Shown: positions 1 through 12,760 of the stretch, piece after piece
Position numbering within the stretch: the first letter of the stretch is position 1
How the letters are laid out: each line of letters starts with the position of its first letter
Assembly (NCBI RefSeq): GCF_036588685.1
Contig: NC_086373.1
Coordinates: 64,604,001-64,668,000, forward strand
DNA: 64,000 nt
DNA from: Mytilus trossulus
Lineage: Eukaryota
Direction: 5' to 3'
Notes under the pieces: model-generated
Databases searched by the model: none
Told to the model about the DNA's origin: nothing
Seen by the model: only the letters and a program-made list of their open reading frames with translations
Translations under genes and position numbers: made by a program

Positions 1-127
1 TGTCAGATCTCCTTGATTTACCATCTCTCGATTTTTTTTTTATTGAAAGCTAAGGATGTACAAGTACTATCATATACGCTGGGAGCTATTTGATTTAAAA
101 ATTCGTCCAAGGAAAACTTTGCTTGAG

Positions 128-2129
128 CACTGGTGGTAAGCGGATGTTCGTAACGTAAACTAACGGTTAGCCGCAAATTGGAGACAACTCTAGAGATAAG
201 GTGTTTTTTTTCAATTTTCCTGCAGTAAAAGATTTATTTGAGCCAAACCGCTTGACTCATAAAATCTAATAGTGAGTGCGTTGATATTGAAATAAAATTT
301 GATGCATACAATCATTGGAATACTCGTAAAATAGTCATTCAAAAATTCGAGCATGATGGTCGTAACGACAACTATAGTATTTTGGATGATGGTCGTAACC
401 GATGCAAGATGGTCGTTACTCGTGTATGAAGACGAACTTTTTATTAAAGAATTTTAAAAGTGTTGTGCACATAACCAAGTTTATAAACTCAGATGTAATA
501 TACGGTTTACTACAAATAATAGTATTTGTTACTCTGATAATGGTATGCAGAAACTAAGTTAAAGAAATATAAGCAAACACAGTTCTGATGTATTCCAAAC
601 GCCCATCATTTAAGAATAACAAAGAAAACTAATCAAACTCGCAGTAAGCAAAACAATATGTTAGGTTGAGTATGTAAGTATTTTCTACAATACAGTAAAG
701 CAAACAATGGTTCAATTCACGTGTTTCCCCTCATATTTGTTTTTAAAAATATTTTGTTTTATATACGACTTAGTTTTTATTATCTACAATCATGTCTGCA
801 AACGAAATTATTGAATGTAGAATTTTGAACAGTCATCTTTAATTTTAAATCAACTATTGTAGTTCTCATAAATCATTGGCCTTCAAATATTCGGCTTTTG
901 ATCGTTCCTAATGAAGGTAATTCCAGAAATGCGCTTCAGAGTCATGCAGTTTTTAACGTGTAGTTTTCGTTTTTTGTCGATTGCATGACGATCATATATT
1001 GCGTTTTATCATTGATATTAGTTCTTAGTATTCGTACGACAGGAATACCTAATACATGGTGTCGCAATGAATGTCATGTAAGCCTCGAAAGTAGGATGTT
1101 GTTGATATATATTTGATACTGCTACACGCTATACACGTTGCATTTTAGATTAATAAAACCAAATATTATCCTGGCTCCAAGCTACTCATACATGTATTTG
1201 TTTTAGTTCATAACTTTAATGTGTATAGCAAATAGCAGTGAAGAAAAGATAGCAACAACCTCCTTCGTTTGATAAAAAAAACAACGTTCATTGCGACCCC
1301 ATGGATTTAGTATACCAACCCATGTCAAGAGATTTTCGCTCATAACTCACACGGACCTCCTACGGTACCATCAGTAGTTAACGATTTGATGACCAGCATG
1401 TACGTGTGGCGTAGAACACGGCTATGATATTAATCGTCCGTGTTATTTGCTTTATAAAATGATTGCATAATTTCAAAGGAGGCACTATTCATTTCATTTT
1501 GTTTTGTTTCATTCGACTCGTTCCACTTTTTTCCGTTTCGTTTTGTACGGCTTCTCCTCTTTTCACCCCTTTTAGTTTTTATTACCGTTCTAAACTTTAT
1601 AATTTCCAAAAAATCAAAAATTTGGAATTTTAATATTTCAAGTCTTTGATTAAAATTCTAAAAAACTTAAATTTTAAAATTATTAATTGATACATAGTGT
1701 TACACGGACTGAAATTGCTTTATCTTGTGTTGTATGTAAAAAAAAACACTTTACAAATATAATGTATATCATATAATATATTCATATAATAAAGGACACA
1801 TTTAAAACTCTTGACTTGCCTTACTCGAGCCTATTACATAAAGAGTTACGACCATCATAGATTTTCATTACGACTATCCTCAAGATTTTTGTTGTTTTAG
1901 TTACGAACATCATGCTCGAATTTTTAAATGACTATTTTACAAAAATTCGAATGATTTTATGTATCAAATTTATTTTAATATAATAAACGCACTAAAGATT
2001 AGTATGTATGAAGCAAGCGGTTTGGCTCAAATGAATTTTTTACTACACGAAAATGGGAAAAGAAAAACTGACTTCAAGAATTGTCTTCCATTTTCAGCTC
2101 ACTTTACGACCATGTGCTTACCACCAGTG
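128..2129. mobile_element. Non-autonomous DNA transposon with long (~250-300 bp) diverged terminal inverted repeats
   Basis: cactggtggtaagc at 128 is the reverse complement of gcttaccaccagtg ending at 2129. Inverted similarity continues over ~128-420 vs ~1840-2129 (e.g. atttgagccaaaccgcttg / caagcggtttggctcaaat; aaattcgagcatgatg / catcatgctcgaattt). No TSD or transposase seen. Confidence 0.75.
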
Positions 2130-2130
2130 T

Positions 2131-2380
2131 CAGGCGCCTGTAATTCAGTGGTTGTCGTTTGTTTATTTGTTACATATTTTCGTTCATTTTTGAGGCCGTT
2201 AGTTTTCTCGTTTGAATTGTTTTACATTGTCCTATCGGGGCCTTTTATAGCTAACTATGCGGTATGGGCTTTGCTCATTGTTGAAGGTCGTGCGATGACC
2301 TTTAGTTGTTAATGTTTGTGTCATTTTGGTCTTTTCTGGATAGTTGTCTCATTGGCAATCATACCACATCTTTTTTTTTA
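2131..2380 (-). repeat. Dispersed SINE-like repeat, family A
   Basis: Reverse complement of 18815-19070 (agatgtggtatgattgccaatgagacaact...aaagcccataccgcatagt...ccactgaat). Fragments also near 21085, 30940, 31890, 40850-41140, 46490, 51620 and 51850. Confidence 0.8.
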
Positions 2381-2830
2381 TATTGAGGGAGTAAGGTTTC
2401 TTAGTCCCTTAAATTTTCTTAACTTATCAAAAGGTGTATTACGTAGTAAATAAAATAAAGTCAATCTGTGACTTGAAACTTACGTATTCTCATACGGTTC
2501 TTACTCAAGTCAGTAGATGTTTTGTTATTATGTTGTTTGACTTGAAAAGCCCTTCAATCATTATAAAGGTTTTTTTTATAGAATCAAGCTGGGATAATAA
2601 GAAAACTTGAAAGAACTGTTACTTCGGAATGGCTGAATATTGAATATAATTTAATTTTGGATGTAACGTATCTTCTGATTGGCTGACGCCGTTTTGTTTA
2701 TCAGCCCATAGACATAATTTCGTCATGTGACCGTGACGTCATCAACGTTCTTTCATGATTTACTCCGGTTTAAAATGGAATTAAGAATTTAATGATAAGA
2801 AATTACTGTAATTTTTTTTCTGCCTATTCG

Positions 2831-2911
2831 AAATAACATAAAAATGTGGTACATCTTAAAATAACCCGCTACGAGCGGTATTCAGTGTGCACCACATTTT
2901 TTATGTTATTT
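2831..2911. repeat. Long imperfect palindrome inside a non-autonomous repeat (~2650-2945)
   Basis: aaataacataaaaatgtggtaca...tgcaccacattttttatgttattt, with inner taacccgct/agcggta arms. Confidence 0.65.
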
Positions 2912-3981
2912 CTTCATAGACAGAAACAAATATTACCGAATTTCTTAAATAAAAAGTTACAGCCCTAAATAAAGATCCAATGTATGACGAAAAGGTGTAT
3001 TTATTTTCCTTGAAATATTTTCACATTTTAAGAACTGTGATACCATAAATGTACCTTATATTGACTACATATAGTGTTTTACGTAGTTCTGTTTTTACAA
3101 ATGGGCATATTTTGGCATATGTATGATTGGTTATCTCATTAGCATATGCATCCTTGTTTGCATACCTTTATTTCATTATAATGTTGTCAGAATATGCATT
3201 AATGCTGACATCTTCAAAGGTAAACAATTGTCCGTCGTTGACCTTTGATCCCGTTTTTGATTTGAAATATTTTCCTTATTTGCATACCTTGTTTTATTAT
3301 CAGAATGACATAATATGCAGCAATAATGATGCCATCTTAAAACAAATTTGTCCGTATTCGAGCTTTGATGGAAATAGTCCCGTTCGAATATAGATTGTTT
3401 TTCTAATTCAGCAGGCAACTGTTTGCAGCCTAAAACACACCTGTATGTAACCTGATTTCCTCGCCTCGGTTGATAATATTTTTTTGGTGCAACATTCTGC
3501 TCTATCACCCTCTCAGCTATGTGAAATTTATATAGTGTATTATAAAAACCAAAACTTATTTATTGTAGTATGTATGACAAATAAAGTCATACTCCCAGTT
3601 GTCATATATTTTACTGTAACTATGTATTTGTTCGACTTACGGGTTTATGACAGGTACTTCGGATTTATACAACCCTAAAAATGAGGCTAGCTATGTAATA
3701 TAGATCAGTAAGTTATATAAGAAATTATTTCTAAAGACGATAAAGTCATAACTTGAATTAAACTATTATAGTAAGAAACATACTGGCATGAAAATACGGA
3801 TTTTTTTGTGTTATTAAAATTTGCTATTACCAAATAATAGAAATTATTATAAATTAAGGAATGTATCTCCCTCATGCAAAGCTCTGATTCCTTTCACGGT
3901 TTTGCTATACTTTTTGGACCTTTTGGATTATAGCTCTTTACCTTTTATATAAGCGTTAGATTTCAAATATTTTGGCCACTA

Positions 3982-4025
3982 GCATCACTGAAGAGACATG
4001 TATTGTCAAAATGCGCATATGGTGC
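3982..4025 (+). ncRNA. Type I minimal hammerhead ribozyme, GAAA->AAAA mutant (probably inactive); identical copy at 4812-4855
   Basis: Stem I gcatca/tggtgc; core CUGAAGA; stem II gaca-tgtat-tgtc; AAAA in place of GAAA; palindromic stem III tgcgca; AUA at the cleavage site. Confidence 0.75.
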
Positions 4026-4333
4026 AGGAAAATTAGTACCGTTCATGTTATTATTACCACTGGTTCGATGTCTCTAATAGTGGACTGTTAGTCCCTGAGA
4101 GTATCACCAGCCCAGTAGCCGGTACTTCGGTACTGGCATAAAATACGGATTTTTTTGTATTATTAAAATTTGCTCTAACAAAATGTTAGAGAAATTATTA
4201 TAAATTAAGGAATGTAACTCCCTCATGCAAAGATCTGATTCCTTTCGCGGATTTTGCTATACGTTTTGGACCTTTTGGATTATAGCTCTTCATCTTTTAT
4301 ATAAGCTTTGGATTTAAAATATTTTGGCCATGA

Positions 4334-4377
4334 GCATCATTGAAGAGACAAGTAGTGTCGAAATGCGCATCTGGTGC
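4334..4377 (+). ncRNA. Type I minimal hammerhead ribozyme, C3U variant; identical copy at 5164-5207
   Basis: gcatca-UUGAAGA-gaca agtag tgtc-GAAA-tgcgca-UC-tggtgc; lies 352 nt after the previous hammerhead. Confidence 0.78.
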
Positions 4378-5656
4378 AGGAAAATTGTTATTGAATCTTG
4401 TTAGGAACAGTTTTGCCTTACTTTTTCATATAAAGATCAAATCATTTCAAAACTTTACTGAAGTTGGTTCCATGTGTATCTTGTTTATCATGCACTTAAC
4501 ACTGTTCTGAACGTTTGTTATTTACTATGGTTGTCATCAAATGAGTTCATACAATTATTTCTAAAGACGATAAAGTCATAACTTGAATTAAACTATTATA
4601 GTAAGAAACATACTGGCATGAAAATACGGATTTTTTTGTGTTATTAAAATTTGCTATTACCAAATAATAGAAATTATTATAAATTAAGGAATGTATCTCC
4701 CTCATGCAAAGCTCTGATTCCTTTCACGGTTTTGCTATACTTTTTGGACCTTTTGGATTATAGCTCTTTACCTTTTATATAAGCGTTAGATTTCAAATAT
4801 TTTGGCCACTAGCATCACTGAAGAGACATGTATTGTCAAAATGCGCATATGGTGCAGGAAAATTAGTACCGTTCATGTTATTATTACCACTGGTTCGATG
4901 TCTCTAATAGTGGACTGTTAGTCCCTGAGAGTATCACCAGCCCAGTAGCCGGTACTTCGGTACTGGCATAAAATACGGATTTTTTTGTATTATTAAAATT
5001 TGCTCTAACAAAATGTTAGAGAAATTATTATAAATTAAGGAATGTAACTCCCTCATGCAAAGATCTGATTCCTTTCGCGGATTTTGCTATACGTTTTGGA
5101 CCTTTTGGATTATAGCTCTTCATCTTTTATATAAGCTTTGGATTTAAAATATTTTGGCCATGAGCATCATTGAAGAGACAAGTAGTGTCGAAATGCGCAT
5201 CTGGTGCAGGAAAATTGTTATTGAATCTTGTTAGGAACAGTTTTGCCTTACTTTTTCATATAAAGATCAAATCATTTCAAAACTTTACTGAAGTTGGTTC
5301 CATGTGTATCTTGTTTATCATGCACTTAACACTGTTCTGAACGTTTGTTATTTACTATGGTTGTCATCAAATGAGTTCATACCATTAGTGATAAATATTT
5401 CGTGTACCGTTAAATTGATTTTATATGGATATTACCCTATTAGACCCTCGTTCTAAAAGGATTTTACCACTTACAAAGAAATAATTTTTGAATTGTGTTT
5501 ACAAACAATCATAAACTTAAAGTAATTTTTAAAGACTTTTAGATAAACACCGGGAATAAACCATAAAAATCTATCTGTATATACAGATGTTAAGATAATT
5601 TAAAGAACACACATTATACATAAACGGTACCTATTTAAAAGTTTGGTTGATAAACA

Positions 5657-7322
5657 ATGGCTTACTCTGAATCATTCAGTCAAGCCCAAATTGCATTCTG
5701 CTCATTTTGTAGACTAGAAAAAATTACTGAATGGAAATATGTAGATTGTGATAAGCAACTTTGTTATGAGTGCAAAAGATTTCATCTGTGGGAATTTGAT
5801 TGGACTGTACATAACGTAGTGTGTACTAGGCCTTCATTAGCGGACGGATTAAGTGATCTGCCAGAATTTGCTAAAACCTGTTGCACTAAGCACACAGAAT
5901 TTGGTTATACAAACTTTTGTTTGGATTGTCAGCAACTCGTTTGCCCAGAATATATAGCGTTAGGCTCAGTACATTTGAAACATGAAAACATAACAATAGT
6001 GAAGTGCCGTGAGAAAAGGTTGGGAGCTCTTGAACTTTTGAAGACGAACATTGAAAGTAGAATCCTTCCAAATATTGAGGATAAAAGCAAATCGTTAACT
6101 GGATTAGATATCGCTTTTGAAGAAAGGCATGAAAACGAAAAGAAAAAAATAACGAGGTCAAGCAGAAAAGTTGAAAGATCAAATAACGCAATGTACGAAT
6201 ATGCAACTCTTGTATTTAGAAAAGTTTTGGAAAAAGAACAAAGATATCATAGAAAAAGAAAAATCGCAGCTTATAAAAATACAGAAAGAATTAAATAACG
6301 AAATCAAAAATATAATGTCCATCAGAATGAAAAACTATATCGAAGAAATAGTACACGAATCTGCAGAAATTTCGAGTCGTATCCAACTAAACAGTAATCC
6401 ACTAGTCAGCTTTCCACAAGACATTATTATGTTTCACCCTAAAAACAATACTACAACTGACATCAGTACGATCATGGGAGGTTTTAAGAACCACAATATG
6501 GCAAGTGAGGTGAAAGGTCGGATTCGTTCATACCAGTTAATACAACAGATCAAACAAAATTCTTCACTGGCGGTTGCCAGAGATGAAAAAATAAATATCA
6601 CGGACGATGATTGTGTTTCTATTGAACTGAAGCCCCATGAAAAGACCAAAATTACAAGAGTAAAACATGGTATTTTAGATATGGCTACATTGGATTTATC
6701 AAACCTGCTCTTTATATCAAGGGAAGACCATCGTGTTATGACAAAAAATGAAAGTGGTGGAACCAACTCATTTTACACACTTCGAAACAGCAAAAATATA
6801 GCATTAGCTCTTTGTTTCTGTGGAGACGGAAGGGTATTAGTGCTTTACGCTAAGGAAGTTCCCTCATCAAAACGTAGGAGTGAGTGCCTATTAAAACTTA
6901 AAATCGATATGTTGTCATGCAAAGGAACATTAATGAAAATAATAAAATGCAATTATCCATCGCAGTGGTATACATTCTCAACGGGCAGATTTAGAATGAG
7001 ACAGAATATTAATGGACATATATGTATCTTGTGTGAAGAGCATGGCGAAGTAGCTGATATGAGCCTGGACGGAACGGTAAACTGGAAATACAAAAACTAC
7101 CTTGCTCGTGATATAGAGACCACACTGATTGGCAATATTATTGTTTTGGAAAGATATTCAAATGAGTTGACAATTCTACACTCTGGTGGAGAACTATTGC
7201 AAGCAATGAACTTAAACTTGCAAAAGCCTGAAACAAACAGCATATGTTTTAAAAACTGCAAAGAATTTGTGATCATTAGCAGAGAAGAAATCTTTATTTT
7301 AGAGCTATCTTTTCCAATATAA
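5657..7322 (+). pseudogene. TRIM-like B-box/B-box/coiled-coil/beta-propeller (NHL-like) gene, copy 1, frameshifted
   Basis: ORFs 5657-6298 and 6171-7322 join if one A is removed at ~6151 (ata[a]cga ggt caa gca gaa aag ttg), giving colinearity with the paralog at 14640. B-box patterns CxxC...CxxCxxxH and CxxH...CxxCxxxxC are present, but two Cys are Tyr (KYVDC, CPEYI). No RING domain. Confidence 0.8.
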
Positions 7323-8755
7323 CAGTGCTTTTGTTTATTTACAACTGAGTGTACAGTGATACCATTTTCATAATTGTTTAATGCTTAATCAGTTTCATTT
7401 TTACATATACAAAAAAGTTCAAATGATGTGTATAGTCGTACAAATTTACATTATGGTTTCTTGGGATCTGAATGGTGTTACAATAGGTATAACAGAGGGA
7501 CGAAAGATACCAAAGGGACAGTCAAACTATAACATTTTCGGTTAACTAGAAAGAAATGGAATTCTTGCATAAGTATCTTAAGAAATAGAAATTAAAAATA
7601 TATTTTAAATCATATCTAAACAAACACCACATCCAGTTGGAAAATTAACAATATTCAAAACACGAATTATTTCAAGGTTAGATTATATGTTTTAACATTA
7701 AAAGCACCATGTTATAATACTACTAGAGAACTTATTAGTTCAATCTATTCATTTTTTTTGGAAATCAACCCGCACAAGATGAAAAGATAAATATTATTTA
7801 TGGATCATAAATTAAAATAATCATGTTTGATGCAATTTTATTCTAATTTTTAACCATAGTTGTTGTATAATTCTACTCAATTTCATATTTTTTTGTGTCT
7901 ACCACAATTACACAGAATAACTATTAACGATTAAGCGAAAACAAATAAAATTAAAAACACACACGCACACATAGATACTTAGAAACACATGCTTTAGAGA
8001 ATTAAATGTGAGCAGTTATGTTCCATGCTCGCCATCAGACGAAAACAAAAGGTATACAAATAGATGTAATCAATGAAAAATAAATTGTTCATCGTGCAAT
8101 CTAACTTAGTGTGAATATTTCCCCTGTTTGACACTTGTATAAAAGGCATTTTAGAATTTCACTACAAGAATTTTATATGTGGATTTATTTTATTTTACAA
8201 TCTATATATCATTGATTTAAGATTTCTTTTCATATGACGTTTAGATAAAAAAAAAATCCCTCTGTATGCTAAACTGTTGAATCAATTATGATCCTGACTG
8301 ATAGCAATGGCTTCCTATGAATCATTAAACGAAGCCCGAATTCTGTTCTGTTCACTTTGAACACAGAGGGGGGGGGGGTAATGGAAATGTGTTGTTTGTG
8401 ATAAGAAACTTTGAAATGAGTGTTAAAGGTTTCATCTATGGAAACTTGATTGAATGCACTGAACCAAAGCAAAGTGTATACAAAGGCTTCTGAAGAAGGA
8501 CTAAGTGATAAAACCTAAATAAGCTAAAATTAATGAACACGAAGAATTTTACCATACAAACTTTTGTTTGGATTATAATAATTATAAAAGTAATAAATAA
8601 TTTGACATCTTGTGGAAGTTTAATCACTGTATTGAGATTGCTTTTAAAGTGAAAATAAGTAACATTTAAACAATGAAACTGGACAAAGAAAACATAGAAG
8701 TTACGTTTAAAGTGAATGTGAATAGTTATCAAAGATACCAGGCTTATAATTTGAT

Positions 8756-8803
8756 AAACCAGACGCGTGTTTCGTCTACAAAAGACTCATAATTTAGTGA
8801 CGC
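8756..8803 (-). repeat. Degenerate hammerhead-bearing repeat (core interrupted)
   Basis: Matches 25205-25248 but CUGAUGA is disrupted (reverse complement reads cactaaattatgagtc). A second degenerate + copy lies at 9031-9062 (ttgatga gtc ttttgtg gac gaaa cacgca tc). Confidence 0.65.
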
Positions 8804-10305
8804 TCTTATCAAAATAGTAAGAAAGCCAAACATATATTGTAAGATTTTCTATACATTGTATTTTGGCGATCGAATTCAAAAACAAACACATTTTTGTAAG
8901 TTATAAAGTTCACCTAAATATTGTCGTAAAACTAAATGACGAAAACTACCGAAATTTGTTGTGCTGATATTTTAGGGAGTACCTGTTTTATACTATAACT
9001 AAATGACAATAAATTTGTATTGATCTTGTATTGATGAGTCTTTTGTGGACGAAACACGCATCCATCGTACAAAATCGTTAGCCTGTAATTTTGTTGTACT
9101 GTCCTATAATATACGTGTACAATATTGATTGAATTTTCATTTATATTTCATAAGCTGTCTATTTTGGAATTGGCATCTTCATAAACTATCATGTCTATTT
9201 CAGCTGTATAGCGTTTCATAATTTATTTTAAATAAAACTATATCACTCACATTTCTGTCGTCAATTTCTTCCTATCGGAAAGCCTTCTTTCAAATTCAAA
9301 CCGTTTCGTTTAGACAATCTGTAAATTCAAAAATTGAATGTTGTGGGTTTTTCCTATTGATGCGAAATGAAGGCCGTTACATTTAAGCAATACTGAATTA
9401 CGTAAGCATCGCTGCGCTTCATGCTAAATGTAATGATTACTTTTATTTTATAATTTACAGACACATCTTTCAATTCTATATTGAAGTATTGTGGTAATTT
9501 TAAGAATCATTTCTTTTAAATCGACATCTTCATTATGTTGCTTTCAACTATATGTCCTATATGACGTATAATAATCGATTTCACGTGACATGTCACTTCG
9601 ATCTGTCAAATTTTTGTGATCACATAATTTTTTTATGGCCTTCAATTTTCCAATGTTTTTTTTTATATAGGAACTAAGGTTGTTTTTATACATTTGATTT
9701 ATGAGATGAAAGCATACTTTATCTTTGTCATTTCAATCTCCAGACTATTCAACAAAATATATACTGTGTTTCTTAAATGTTTCAAAAGAAAGAATCAAGT
9801 GGAACATGACAAAGATAAAGGCCGGGTGAACAATGATATAAATTTACAATTTTGATACGGTGATCAGCTAAAAACGGGGAAGTTCGGGCAGTTGAAGTTC
9901 CAACCAATTGTCTAGAATTAACTTATCTAGTGTCGTTATATATACCTTTTTAGCAGTGTTTTCTGTTCCCATTCTTATAGCTATGGGCACAAATAATTAA
10001 AATAAATAAACACAGTCGCTAGGCTCTTTAAAGTGAAAAAAGACTGCTAAATTTTGGTACGAATGCATATTTGAAATTTTAAACAAAATAAGCATGTCAA
10101 ACACTAACAATTCTTTGGTGTATGTTGTCAATTCATATTTGTAAGCTGTTCCAATATCATTTCTTTTTTAAAATAGTTTATGACGACTATTTGTTCCATC
10201 TGCAACAAATCCGTCTCATGGATAAAAAAAACCAATGCTCAAAAGAGATTGTGTCTTTGACATAGTACTAACGAGAGATGTCACCCTAAATGGCGATTTT
10301 TACCA

Positions 10306-11180
10306 TTTTTGTCGAGCCTTCGACTTTAGTCGAAAAAGCGAGACTAAGCGATCCTACATTCCATCGGCGTCGTCGTCGTCGGCGGCGTCCACAAATATTC
10401 ACTTTGTGGTTAAAGTTTTTGAAATTTAAATAACTTTCTTAAACTATACTGGATTTCTATCAAACTTGGACAGAAGCTTGTTTATGATCATAAGATAGTA
10501 TGCAGAAGTAAATTTTGTAAAAATAAAATTCCTTTTTTTCCGTATTTTACTTATAAATGGACTTAGTTTTTTCTGCGGGGAAACATAATATTCACTCTGT
10601 GGTTAAAGTTTTTGAAATTTTAATAACTTTCTTAAACTATACTGGATTTCTATCAAACTTGGACAGAAGCTTGTTTATGATCATAAGATAGTATGCAGAA
10701 GTAAATTTTGTAAAAATAAAATTCCTTTTTTTCCGTATTTTACTTATAAATGGACTTAGTTTTTTCTGCGGGGAAACATAATATTCACTCTGTGGTTAAA
10801 GTTTTTGAAATTTTAATAACTTTCTTAAACTATACTGGATTTCTACCAAACTTGAACAGAAGCTTTTTTATGATCATAAGATAGTATCTATCTAGAAGTA
10901 AATTTTGTAAAAAAATAAATCCATTTTTTCCGTATTTTACTTTTAAATGGACTTAGATTTTCTTCCAGTTTACATTACACAGTCTGCAGTTAAAGTTTTC
11001 AAAACATTTATAAGATTCATAACCTATCCTAAATTTTACCAAACTTGGACAGAAGCTTTATACAATCATAAGATAGTATCAAGAGGAATATTTTTATTGA
11101 TTTTTTTTCACATTTTTGTTGAGACTGCGATTTACAGCAAAAGTAGGCGAGACACTGGGTTCCGCGGAACCCTTACAATT
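10306..11180 (+). mobile_element. Non-autonomous Helentron-like (HINE/DINE-type) element with internal 193-bp tandem repeats
   Basis: T-run insertion site, 5' inverted motif ttcgact/agtcgaa, (gtc)n microsatellite, 193-bp units (10406, 10599, 10792), subterminal gcgagac at both ends, and a 3' hairpin gggttccgcggaaccc. Confidence 0.8.
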
Positions 11181-11334
11181 ATTTTAAAACAGAAGTAAAG
11201 ATGATAAAGAACCTTATAAATGTAAAACAACAAATCAGCAAGACGAGACTGAAAACGCACATGTATGCAAGACCTCTACTGCTATTTCATGTGTCTTTTA
11301 TATTTTACCATGAAAATGGAACTTTCTTCGTTTC

Positions 11335-12518
11335 TAATAAAATTGAGAAAGGTAGTGGGGAATGTGCCCAAGCGACAGCACCCCGACCATAGTGCAGACA
11401 ACAGCCGAAGGCCACCAATGGGTCTTCAATGTAGCGAGAAACTCCCGTACCCGTATGCGTCCTTCAGCTGGCCCCTTAAAAGATATGTATACTAGTACAG
11501 TGATAATGGACGTCATACTAAACTCCGAATTATACACAGGAAACTTAAATTAAAAATTTGTAAGGGTTCCGCGGAACCCAGTGTCTCGCCTACTTTTGCT
11601 GTAAATTGCAGGCTCAACAAAAATGAGGTAAAAAATCAATAAAAATATTCCTCTTGATACTATCTTATGATTGTAAGAAGCTTCTGTCGAAGTTTGGTAA
11701 AAATTAAAAATAGTTGATGAATCTAATAAATGTTTTGAAAACTTTAACTGCAGACTGTATGTTATGTTAACTGGAAGAAAAATTCAGTCCATTTAAAAGT
11801 AAAATACGGAAAAAATGGATTTATTTTTTTACAAAATTTACTTCTGGATACTATCTTATGATCATAAATAAGCTTCTGTCCAAGTTTGGTACAAACCCAG
11901 GATAGTTTAAGAAAGTTATTAAAATTTAAAAAACTTTAACCACAGAGTGAATGTAATGTTTCCCCGCAGAAAAACTAAGTCCATTTAAAAGTAAAATACG
12001 GAAAAAATGGATTTATTTTTTTTACAAAATTTACTTCTGGATACTATCTTATAATCATAAATAAGCTTCTGTCCAAGTTTGGTACAAACCCAGGATAGTT
12101 TAAGAAAGTTATTAAAATTTTAAAAACTTTAACCACAGAGTGAATGTAATGTTTCCCCGCAGAAAAGTCCATTTATAAGTAAAATACAGAAAACCTGGAA
12201 TTTTATTTTTACAAAATTTACTTCTGGATACTATCTTATGATCATAAACAAGCTTCTGTCCAAGTTTGGTAGAAATCCAGTATAGTTTAAGAAAGTTATT
12301 AAAATTTCAAAAACTTTAACCACAGAGTGAATATTTGTGGACGCCGCCGACGACGACGACGACGGAATGTAGGATCACTTAGTCTCGCTTTTTCGACTAA
12401 AGTCGAAGGCTCGACAAAAATCATACAAGACTAGCAAAGGCCAGAGGCTTCTGACTTGGGACATGCGCAAAATTGCTGCGGGGTTAAACATGTTTATGAG
12501 ATCTCAACACTCCCCCTT
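11335..12518 (+). repeat. Dispersed repeat family B, split by the Helentron-like insertion at 11556-12420
   Basis: 11335-11555 joined to 12421-12518 is colinear with the uninterrupted reverse copy at ~47700-47997. Other copies near 21780, 45390 and 60810. Confidence 0.8.
11556..12420 (-). mobile_element. Second copy of the same Helentron-like element, inverted
   Basis: Reverse complement of 10306-11180 (tgtaagggttccgcggaacccagtgtctcgcc ... agtcgaaggctcgacaaaaa); inserted in an A/T run with no TSD. Confidence 0.82.
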
Positions 12519-12760
12519 AATTATTATGTCTCCTGTTATGACAAGGGAAATGGGGCCATAAGTGTGTTCGGAATTACTGCAATTTCATGACATAGGTGTA
12601 TTTTTAATGATATTTACATCTTTACACAATTGGCTATTACTAAACACATATTTCCGGGTAGATTTCTTGTAAATATAACAAATACGAGGGAGTTCAGTAT
12701 TATCAAAATATCCAAGAATTTGGTCTTTAAGTTTTTTATTGTCTTATTGTTAGTTGTTTA

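Larger units (their letters stand above)
3723..5382 (+). repeat. 830-bp direct tandem duplication of a retrozyme-like unit (internal 352-nt period)
   Basis: 3723-4552 matches 4553-5382 with no differences seen by eye. Each unit has two diverged ~350-nt sub-repeats starting tactggcat(g/a)aaa (3781, 4131; 4611, 4961). Confidence 0.93.

Noticed and set aside
1959-2312. 117-aa ORF
   Set aside because: It spans a TIR arm and a SINE-like repeat and has no protein features.
3176-3508. 110-aa minus-strand ORF with a possible upstream acceptor
   Set aside because: No recognisable domain or partner exons; cannot be supported.
5886-6766. Minus-strand ORFs over TRIM-like copy 1 (likewise 14821-15365, and plus-strand ORFs at 31026, 32166, 38365 and 38743)
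   Set aside because: Antisense shadows of real coding sequence.
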